Shown here one piece after another: positions 16,430 to 23,619 of a stretch of 27,822 nt of DNA. Source of the DNA: an uncultured Fibrobacterota bacterium. GTDB lineage: Bacteria; Fibrobacterota; Chitinivibrionia; Chitinivibrionales; CAYFVL01. Where the stretch lies: positions 1-27,822 of the forward strand of contig CAZEMW010000001.1 of NCBI GenBank assembly GCA_964513105.1, given 5' to 3'. Numbering within the stretch: the stretch's first letter is position 1; each line of letters opens with the position of its first letter. The notes beneath the pieces were generated by a model, which saw only the letters and a program-made list of their open reading frames with translations, ran no database searches and was not told the DNA's origin. The position numbers and the translations under genes were made by a program.

Positions 16430-19400
16430 TTACTTAACCTGCAAAGTCGATATCCTCCCTTTGAGGACGATGCCCTGTACGGTCTCGATTTTCCACAGCA
16501 GGGTACGGTGGGCGGATAAGCCCTTCAGCGCCACTACGTTTTCGCCACGGTGCACCGTATGTATTGATTTCGCCAGAGTTCTTCCTCGCAGATCGTAAAT
16601 CCAAACCTGCACGTCCATTTCGCCCGGCGACCTGAGATAGAGTGCAGGTCCTGCGGTGTTTTTCCCCGCCGTGGCCGAAAACTCAATCGGTACCACAACG
16701 GATCCGTTTCGAGTTGGAGTACCAGTGCTGTCTACAACCAGTTCCGTCGGTTGCAGAGGCAGTTCGGCCTCACTCCCGCCGGGCCAGAAACCGGAGAACA
16801 GTTTTACCCAGGTCTGGGCGTCCTGAGATCCATAGAACTCTATGGCATTTACACGTCGGGCCTCCTGGGAAGACAAATTCATGTGAACAGTAGTCGGGAC
16901 TATGGCGTTGTCCGGGCCGAGGTCAAGGGTTAGGGTTGCAGGGGGGGTCATCGACCAGTAGGTTGATGTTTTCCCGTCATACACCTTATAGGCTTCCTGG
17001 TTGTTGGTCGAAGCCGTGACGCTCATTCCGGCCGAAGTATTCGCCGTCAATTTGTTTTGAGGATGTGCCTCGCCGTCTACCTTCCATTCAATTTCGTTTA
17101 CCTGCGCATTCAATCCTCCGCCTTGCCGACCGAATGGACGGAACCGCAGGTACCGAAATCCGGTGAATGCTTCGGTGGTAAAACTCCAGAGTGGAGATTC
17201 GGCCCGGCCGCACTCATTCAACGAAACGATCTTCCAGTAATAGGTCGTATTCCCTTCAAGGGTACCCGGCCAGAAGGAGGTCTGGTCAATCCCTTCGAGG
17301 GTATCCAGTACCGGAGGACTCTGATCGGTTCCCAAATGCAGTATGTATGAGGTCGCCACGTCGACGCCCACTTTGTCCGCATTCCAGGAGAGAGTGCCGA
17401 ATACTGAGGCGTCTTGAGAGTCTTCGGCGGGGTCCGGTGAAAACGCCGGTTGCGGTTCTGCTTCACAGGGGGCCTGATTCACCGTTAATCCAACAACCTC
17501 GGAGTACTTCGTTCGTCCGGAAGCATCTTGGACGGAAGCGTAGATTCGGTGTGTTCCCCGAACCGGTGTCCCCCATTTCACCCCGGTGTTCGCATCACCG
17601 GGAGATCCACTCCAGATTTCTTCTCCGTCCACAAAAAGCGTAACTTCCGTACCGGGTCCTGTTACCTCCATTGTGATGTCGACGCTGTCGGTTGTAAGTA
17701 TTGTGTGTCCGTGCGTCGGAGCGCTAATGGTGGTATTGAGAGTCGAGTTTTCGCTTCGTAAATCATAACAGTAGATTCCCTGTCCCCCACGAATAAACAT
17801 CCTCCCATCGACATAGGGGTGGGTAATGAATCCATCGGCATATGCAGTGGTTCCGTACTGCGGAGGATGCCATTCGGAACCCATTTCGGAAAAATCGTTT
17901 TCTCGCGCTCCCAGCATATGCATGCCGACATCACCGTGCCGTCCGTCGTATTGTACAAGAAGTCGATCTTCGACAATTTGCATGTGGCCGTTGCGTGATG
18001 CGTACAGGTTGTCTACAACGCTCAGAACTTCGCCGGTCATTTTGTCAAGACAAATGGTTTGAGTGCTGTAGGTAGCGTATACATATCCGTTGTTTATAAG
18101 CGGAGGACAGTAGTGGTTGAGTCCTCCCAGTTCACCGGAAGTCCACAATTGTTCGAAACCGTCGGGCGAAAGCCGTCCACAGGTAACCATCGCAAGTGCC
18201 CGTGACCCGACGTACAGAGTTGCGAAATCTCCATGAATTGTCGGGCCGTGTGATACCGGACCGAGTAACGGTGTCTCCCACATCTTAGTCCCGTCCGCAG
18301 GATTCAGACATATCATCGATTCCTGAGTGAGGGTCACAACATATTCCGTACCGCCATTCGTCCATACAACGGGATTGTTCTCGAGCACTCCTTCGTACTC
18401 CCACAGAAGCGTTCCGTCGTCTCCGTCGAGTCCTCGGAGAGAACCGTTGTGATCGAATAAGACCACAACACCATTTACAAAGATCGGGGCGGTAGCCACT
18501 CCTCGTCCGGTTCCAAAGAAGGGCGTACCACCAACACTCCGGCTCAAGTATTCAAGCTTTTGAGAGCGGAGATTATCATGGTACGGGCCTACCGTCTTTT
18601 CCCAGACCGCTTGACCGGTTGTCGCATCGACACAATAGACACGGCCGGTTGAGCCGATAGAGTACACTCTACCGTTGCCGATCACCGGCGTGTTGTTGTT
18701 GGGGCCTCCTTTATGGTCCTGCCAGTTTACTCCCTTCTCCGCAAAAACTGTTTTCCAAAGCCGTTCACCAGTTTGCGCATCGAGGCACACCAGAATGTCG
18801 TCGGCATTGATCAACCATCTACTTTTCTCTTCTTCCACCGCACGAGTGCCGAACTCCTGCTCATATTGGGCAAGGACATCCGATAATTTGGATAATTTGG
18901 ATGTATCATACACATCGCCGGAAGGAACGAAGTAATTGAGAAAAACGCGCCCGTCGGAAAGTACCGGGCTCGCTCCTCCGCCTCCTATTGGATGTTCGTC
19001 CGATACCTTTGCGGATCTGCTGATGCTTCCCAGACTGTTTGGGGTGGCCTCTTCGCTGCGCCACACAAATCGAGCATCTGAAAGCCTGTCGAGCAGGAGG
19101 CGTTCGTCCGATGCGGTATAGTTATGGTTTGGCCCGCTCCAAACCGGCCATTGCGTTGCCGCCAAAGCGTCTTCGCCGGCGGAAAGGGTGTTCCAGGAGA
19201 CCAGACTACCGCTTATCGTACCACTTGCACTACCCGAGTAGGTGCCGGAAAAACCTGTACCGGAGAGAGTGCCGGTGAAATCGAAATCCTTTTGACCGGT
19301 AGCCAGCACCCCTGAAATGGTGGTTCCCTCGGCGGAAATATCGTATCGAGTCTGAACGTGTTTGACGGGGTGCCCGGATTCAAAAACCTGTATAGCATCT

Positions 19401-19600
19401 CCCAGAGTTCCATCATCGACGAACAGCCATATTTCGGTACCCGAACCCTCAAAGGTAAGGTCAAGTCTCCCATCGGAGGCCGAAGAGAGAGTCCCTTGAG
19501 TGAAATGAGGTAGTGGGAGTACTGTCCATCCTGCAGAGCAGAACACCAGCACGAGTAAAATGGTCACCATGCTCGTGCGGTAGTCGCATCTCTTCTTCAT
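16430..19600 (-). CDS. Large secreted modular protein: PQQ-like (BamB-type) beta-propeller, Ig-like, FN3-like, permuted discoidin-like domain, T9SS-like C-terminal domain
   Basis: Signal peptide after MKKRC; WPVWSGPN; repeated CLDAQTGERLW, CVDATTGQAVW and LDGDDGTLLW; TTYYWKI...LWSFTT; YDGKTSTYW...LDLG; tail IYDLRGR. ORF open from 19630. Confidence 0.85.
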   Translation of the reverse strand: MKKRCDYRTSMVTILLVLVFCSAGWTVLPLPHFTQGTLSSASDGRLDLTFEGSGTEIWLFVDDGTLGDAIQVFESGHPVKHVQTRYDISAEGTTISGVLATGQKDFDFTGTLSGTGFSGTYSGSASGTISGSLVSWNTLSAGEDALAATQWPVWSGPNHNYTASDERLLLDRLSDARFVWRSEEATPNSLGSISRSAKVSDEHPIGGGGASPVLSDGRVFLNYFVPSGDVYDTSKLSKLSDVLAQYEQEFGTRAVEEEKSRWLINADDILVCLDAQTGERLWKTVFAEKGVNWQDHKGGPNNNTPVIGNGRVYSIGSTGRVYCVDATTGQAVWEKTVGPYHDNLRSQKLEYLSRSVGGTPFFGTGRGVATAPIFVNGVVVLFDHNGSLRGLDGDDGTLLWEYEGVLENNPVVWTNGGTEYVVTLTQESMICLNPADGTKMWETPLLGPVSHGPTIHGDFATLYVGSRALAMVTCGRLSPDGFEQLWTSGELGGLNHYCPPLINNGYVYATYSTQTICLDKMTGEVLSVVDNLYASRNGHMQIVEDRLLVQYDGRHGDVGMHMLGARENDFSEMGSEWHPPQYGTTAYADGFITHPYVDGRMFIRGGQGIYCYDLRSENSTLNTTISAPTHGHTILTTDSVDITMEVTGPGTEVTLFVDGEEIWSGSPGDANTGVKWGTPVRGTHRIYASVQDASGRTKYSEVVGLTVNQAPCEAEPQPAFSPDPAEDSQDASVFGTLSWNADKVGVDVATSYILHLGTDQSPPVLDTLEGIDQTSFWPGTLEGNTTYYWKIVSLNECGRAESPLWSFTTEAFTGFRYLRFRPFGRQGGGLNAQVNEIEWKVDGEAHPQNKLTANTSAGMSVTASTNNQEAYKVYDGKTSTYWSMTPPATLTLDLGPDNAIVPTTVHMNLSSQEARRVNAIEFYGSQDAQTWVKLFSGFWPGGSEAELPLQPTELVVDSTGTPTRNGSVVVPIEFSATAGKNTAGPALYLRSPGEMDVQVWIYDLRGRTLAKSIHTVHRGENVVALKGLSAHRTLLWKIETVQGIVLKGRISTLQVK

Positions 19601-19769
19601 CTGATAAATCCTTCCATTATTTTGTGGCAATCCTGGACGGTGTGGCGCGGTATTCCGGTCTCAAGATATAAGACGTGACATGTGCGGATGACTTGTACCT
19701 GTTATTATATTACTATAATGAACAGGACTGGTCCCGCCAAAAAGGAACGGTCGTGTCTTTCATACGAAT

Positions 19770-19781
19770 GGTCTATAGACC
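19770..19781. promoter_or_regulatory. Perfect palindrome GGTCTATAGACC, candidate GntR-family operator
   Basis: 12-bp palindrome in the divergent intergenic region upstream of the second regulator. Resembles GT-N-TA-N-AC GntR/HutC-type boxes. Confidence 0.4.
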
Positions 19782-19899
19782 GGATCCTTAATTCTTCCGT
19801 AGTTCTGATTTCAGGACGAGTCTTCGAAAACTATACCGGCTGTGGTTGGGGGTTGAGAAGTGGTACCTGTCCTCATGGACGGGCGATAAGATTAATAAT

Positions 19900-21387
19900 A
19901 TGAGTGAGAAAGAACGGAAAATTGCCGAAGCGCAGGCCCTAATTGAAAAGACGATCGAGCAGTGCGGCTCAAGTCGACTTCCACCGGTGCGTGAATTGGC
20001 CAGGAAATTCGGCATCGCCGAGTCGGTGATTGCCTCGGCCGCCCACATCCTGCGGGAAAAAGGCATTATTTCATTCAGCCGCGGAAGGCCGATGGTCATT
20101 GTGGCCCGGATGCGACCGGTGGAACTTGACCGACGCAGTGCGGTGGAAGAGGTGGCACAAGCGCTACGAAGAAAAATTTCCGGCGGTGAGTGGCAGACGG
20201 GGCGGCATTTGCCGAAAGTTCTTGCCCTTACCAACGAGCTACGGGTATCCAATACCACCCTTCTTGCCGCCTTTGATGTGCTTCGCAAAGAGGACCTCAT
20301 ACATAAGGCCGGTAGAACCTGGAAAGTCGGACCACCAGAGCGGGAACATCGTTATTCAAAAATACGACCGGCTACCGATGGTCCAATAATAATAATTCTG
20401 CAGACAAATTTTAAGCATCTGGAAAGCCTTGCGGAATCGGAGCGGACTCGGTTATTCTATACGACATTTGAACATGAGGTGGTTCGATACGGCGTGCAGC
20501 TACGGTACTTCTTTACAAAGGAGGATGGCGCTCCGCCGTCGCCGGGTACCGTCGGCAAGGGCAGTATACGGGATCTTTTTGCGGAGCAGGGAAGTCGGAT
20601 TTTGGGAACATTGCTGGTTGATTCCCGCCGTACGCTACCAAATCTGAGCGAGTGGATTGACTTCATGCTCACCTTTCAACGTCCTGTTGTCTGGTTCGAT
20701 CATATTGATGATGCGGATACCCCGACGCCGATAAGCTCGAATTTTACCCGCTGTCATTTCCATGAGGAGTCAGCCATAGAATCGGCCATGGATTCGCTGG
20801 CATCATTCGATCACCGTGAGGTTGCGTATATTCTGGGGGGTACGGATGAAGAAGGGTGGCGCAGAAGACGGGGTGAGCTGTTGTTGCAGCACGCAGAAAA
20901 ACGGGGCATGAAGTTGCATATCGTCGAAGCATCAGCGGCGGATCCGTTGACGCCGTCAATGGAGAAGCTGGCTCATCGTTTTGCTCCCGGAGGGGATCTC
21001 GCGAATCGCTGGAAACCGGCCTACTATTATCTTCCGGTGATTGGCCGGGCGATGAAATACAAAAAGGTAACTGCCTGGATCGCTCCGCGGGATCAAACCG
21101 CCTACCATCTCTTCTGGTGGATGCAGGCTGCGGGGCTGAATGTCCCGGAAGAACTCTCTCTCATATCTTTCGACAACAGGAATGCAAGAGGTGTATCGTC
21201 GATCGATTTTGGTTTCGGGTATCTTGGGTATGCCGCATTCCATAGCATATTCGGCATCATTAAACTTCGGCGCAACCGTGGCGGAAATATCCCGAACAGG
21301 CCCTTTCTTCTCGACAGGGGAACCATCGGAAGACCGAGAACGAAACCCCTGCCGGCTGTTTTGGGTGCAACAACCTGGATCGAATAA
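19900..21387 (+). CDS. Second double-wHTH GntR/LacI-type regulator (paralog of 5720..7309)
   Basis: HTH1 LPPVRELARKFGIAESVI; HTH2 LPKVLALTNELRVSNTTL; C-terminal VPEELSLISFDN and DFGFGYLGY. ORF open from 19846. Confidence 0.87.
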   Translation: MSEKERKIAEAQALIEKTIEQCGSSRLPPVRELARKFGIAESVIASAAHILREKGIISFSRGRPMVIVARMRPVELDRRSAVEEVAQALRRKISGGEWQTGRHLPKVLALTNELRVSNTTLLAAFDVLRKEDLIHKAGRTWKVGPPEREHRYSKIRPATDGPIIIILQTNFKHLESLAESERTRLFYTTFEHEVVRYGVQLRYFFTKEDGAPPSPGTVGKGSIRDLFAEQGSRILGTLLVDSRRTLPNLSEWIDFMLTFQRPVVWFDHIDDADTPTPISSNFTRCHFHEESAIESAMDSLASFDHREVAYILGGTDEEGWRRRRGELLLQHAEKRGMKLHIVEASAADPLTPSMEKLAHRFAPGGDLANRWKPAYYYLPVIGRAMKYKKVTAWIAPRDQTAYHLFWWMQAAGLNVPEELSLISFDNRNARGVSSIDFGFGYLGYAAFHSIFGIIKLRRNRGGNIPNRPFLLDRGTIGRPRTKPLPAVLGATTWIE

Positions 21388-21407
21388 GAAATGGTGTTTC
21401 CCATAAG

Positions 21408-21572
21408 TAGTGCCTGTCCGAAAAACCCATTCAGCGCCTCGACCGGCTGCGAAAGCGCCTGGCTTTGTTGTCCCAAATCGCCGTATCTCACCGGATACGC
21501 CTCTTTGTGACGCCTCACCAGTCACTTTCTCGCTCGGCCGAGGCACTAAAGCGAGTTTCCGGACAGGCACTA
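21408..21572. mobile_element. Candidate 165-bp MITE (non-autonomous inverted-repeat element)
   Basis: Ends TAGTGCCTGTCCGAAAAAC and GTTTCCGGACAGGCACTA (13 bp perfectly inverted, TA at both termini). Internal pairs CGTATC/GATACG and GTCCCAAA/TTTGTGAC are centred on 21490. Confidence 0.65.
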
Positions 21573-21723
21573 ATTGACAGTACCAATCGCCTAATCCCCT
21601 TTTCTTGACTGAGTATCGGCATCAGCTTGCGTCGTAATTCTGAAGAAACGGTAAAGGATCATAATGCACAAAGAAGATTTCCGGTGTGCCGTTGGGAACG
21701 AAGGGGTTACGATTTACTCGGAA

Positions 21724-22923
21724 ATGGCGGTCCAATATCGTCTTGCGGATGAAGAAACCTACCGTGAACGGATGAAAGGGGGACTCCGCAAGCCGTCCCG
21801 TCGGTGGAGGATGATCGACCTTTTCTGCGGCGCCGGTGGTATGACCCTCGGTTTCACAAGAGCATTTGGACACCATTTTGAGCCGGTGTGGGCAAATGAT
21901 CTCGAAACGCACTGTCGAGACACCTATCAAGCGAATTTTGGAGCTCATTGCGAATGCGGCGATATTGTCGAAATCCTGTCCAAGTCCTCCCGCAAAATAC
22001 CCCGTGCGGATGTTGTTATTGGTGGACCGCCGTGTCAGGGATTCAGTCTTCTGAACAAAAAGAGAATTGGTGATGTGCGGCGAGATATGTGGCGACCGTT
22101 TCTCGAAGTGGTTGAGCGATGCGGTGCAAAGGTCTTTGTGATAGAGAACGTACCGCAGCTTCTGGGGAGCCGTGAACACGAAAAAATCACCGAAACCGCC
22201 GAGGCTTCAGGATTTTCCGTCGTTTCGGCAAAACTGTGTGCAGCCGACTATGGGGTTCCGCAGACACGAATCAGGGCATTCATTCTCGGCAGTAAAATTG
22301 AGGGGGGGGGAAGCATTTTTCCCCCACGAAAAAGTCACTTCAATCCAGCCCAAAAGACCTCCGGCCCCAACGCTGCGGATACCTTACTAAATATTGATGA
22401 ATACCTTACCGGAGCTCAAGCGTGGCGTACGGTTCGAGACGCCGTTGGTGATCTGACGGCGCCGGTGGGAACTCAACCCAGAGGCGACAAACCACCTTTG
22501 GATCTGCATTTCGGGCGTTCTCCAACAGAGTTGAGTGTACAACGGTACCGTGCAATACCGAAGGAAGGAATGAATCGATTTGATCTCCAGAAACGAGCGC
22601 CGCACCTGACCCCGCAATGCTGGATCCGTAAAACCTCGGGAGGAACCGATCTCTTCGGCCGTCTCTGGTGGAATCGTCCCGCCGTTACGATGCGTACCGA
22701 ATTTTACAAGCCCGAAAAGGGCCGTTATCTTCATCCGGAACAACATCGTCCCATAACCCATCGCGAGGCCGCGCGGTTTCAATCTTTCCCCGACAGTTTC
22801 ATTTTCAAGGGGACCAAGAACGAGATCGCAAAGCAGATCGGCAATGCCGTTCCGCCACTTCTGGCCGCCCGCATCGCCGACCTCGTGCATGTGCTGCTTT
22901 CGACCTGCTACAAAAAGGGCTGA
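21724..22923 (+). CDS. dcm: DNA (cytosine-5)-methyltransferase
   Basis: Motif I DLFCGAGG, IV GGPPCQGFS, VI ENV, VIII QTRIR, IX-X REAARFQSFPD...QIGNAVPP. ORF open from 21664; start uncertain. Confidence 0.95.
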   Translation: MAVQYRLADEETYRERMKGGLRKPSRRWRMIDLFCGAGGMTLGFTRAFGHHFEPVWANDLETHCRDTYQANFGAHCECGDIVEILSKSSRKIPRADVVIGGPPCQGFSLLNKKRIGDVRRDMWRPFLEVVERCGAKVFVIENVPQLLGSREHEKITETAEASGFSVVSAKLCAADYGVPQTRIRAFILGSKIEGGGSIFPPRKSHFNPAQKTSGPNAADTLLNIDEYLTGAQAWRTVRDAVGDLTAPVGTQPRGDKPPLDLHFGRSPTELSVQRYRAIPKEGMNRFDLQKRAPHLTPQCWIRKTSGGTDLFGRLWWNRPAVTMRTEFYKPEKGRYLHPEQHRPITHREAARFQSFPDSFIFKGTKNEIAKQIGNAVPPLLAARIADLVHVLLSTCYKKG

Positions 22924-23336
22924 CTCTGGACGTATTTGACCGCGAAAAACGAAGCTGGATAATGTCTCGTGTCCGGAACAAGGATACTCGGCCCGAGGTA
23001 TTGGTGCGATCAATTGTGCATCGTTTGGGGTATCGATTTCGAAAAAACCGCACAGATCTCCCCGGTCGTCCCGATATCGTACTTCCGAGACATCGGAAAA
23101 TCATATTCGTTCATGGCTGTTTTTGGCACAGCCACCCCGATTGCCCTCGCGCGCGCCGTCCTGCGGGAAATGAATCTTTCTGGCAAAAGAAACTCGACTC
23201 AAATGTCGAACGGGATCGAAAGAATATCGAAAGACTGCACGCAATGGGTTGGCGCACCCTCATCGTGTGGCAATGCCAACTGCGTCGGCCCCAACAACTG
23301 ATCAAAACCCTGTCCGACTTCCTCAAAAAACCCTAA
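22920..23336 (+). CDS. vsr: Very-short-patch repair endonuclease
   Basis: DVFDREKRSWIMSRVRNKDTRPE, LPGRPD, FVHGCFWHSHPDC, NVERD and GWRTLIVWQC. The start is probably CTG at 22920 or 22926. Confidence 0.93.
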   Translation: MTLDVFDREKRSWIMSRVRNKDTRPEVLVRSIVHRLGYRFRKNRTDLPGRPDIVLPRHRKIIFVHGCFWHSHPDCPRARRPAGNESFWQKKLDSNVERDRKNIERLHAMGWRTLIVWQCQLRRPQQLIKTLSDFLKKP

Positions 23337-23349
23337 CCCCCCAACGTAA

Positions 23350-23427
23350 ATACCGCCCGAAGGCGGTATCCCCCCAGACAGTATCCCCTTACCCCAGGCG
23401 GTATCCCACCCAGACAGTATCCTCTTA
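23350..23427. repeat. Hairpin plus a 31/32-nt direct repeat downstream of vsr
   Basis: ATACCGCC-CGAA-GGCGGTAT (23350-23369). AGGCGGTATCCCCCCAGACAGTATCCCCTTA (23361-23391) and AGGCGGTATCCCACCCAGACAGTATCCTCTTA (23396-23427). Confidence 0.85.
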
Positions 23428-23440
23428 TAACGCGCCGAAT

Positions 23441-23520
23441 AGTTTGAGAATTTCGAACACGTAGTTTAATACAAAAATGCGCACAGTTTAAGAAAAATTG
23501 GCGCGGGTAGTCTGAGACAA
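23441..23520. repeat. Array of four imperfect AGT(T/C)T(G/A)A direct repeats spaced 22, 22 and 24 bp
   Basis: AGTTTGAGAA (23441), AGTTTAATAC (23463), AGTTTAAGAA (23485), AGTCTGAGAC (23509), in AT-rich DNA. Confidence 0.55.
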
Positions 23521-23619
23521 CAATATAGATATAGGAAAAGACGGGTCCCAAATCCTCCTTTGAAGGAAAATTCAAGCCGTCTTGAATCAGGTATGAACTG
23601 TCATTAAACTGAGGTTATA

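Noticed and set aside
16430-19630. PQQ-dependent dehydrogenase or BamB call
   Set aside because: Only the generic propeller repeats are evident; no lipobox, no recognisable dehydrogenase signature, and the extra domains fit neither family.
21574-21640. TTGACA (21574-21579) and TTGACT (21605-21610) as a dcm promoter
   Set aside because: No -10-like hexamer at 16-18 nt spacing for either.
22668-22919. N-terminal 84 aa of the ORF-track Vsr protein
   Set aside because: This lies inside dcm in another frame; Vsr similarity begins only at about 22920-22929.
4760-23104. Numerous antisense or off-frame ORFs (e.g. 4760..5419, 7527..8033, 12355..13008, 19788..20300, 20956..21570, 21622..22179, 22387..23013)
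   Set aside because: They lie wholly or largely within well-supported genes on another frame or strand and have no motifs; shadow ORFs expected in GC-rich DNA.
23361-23427. Possible CRISPR repeat pair
   Set aside because: Two units separated by only 4 nt; no spacer.
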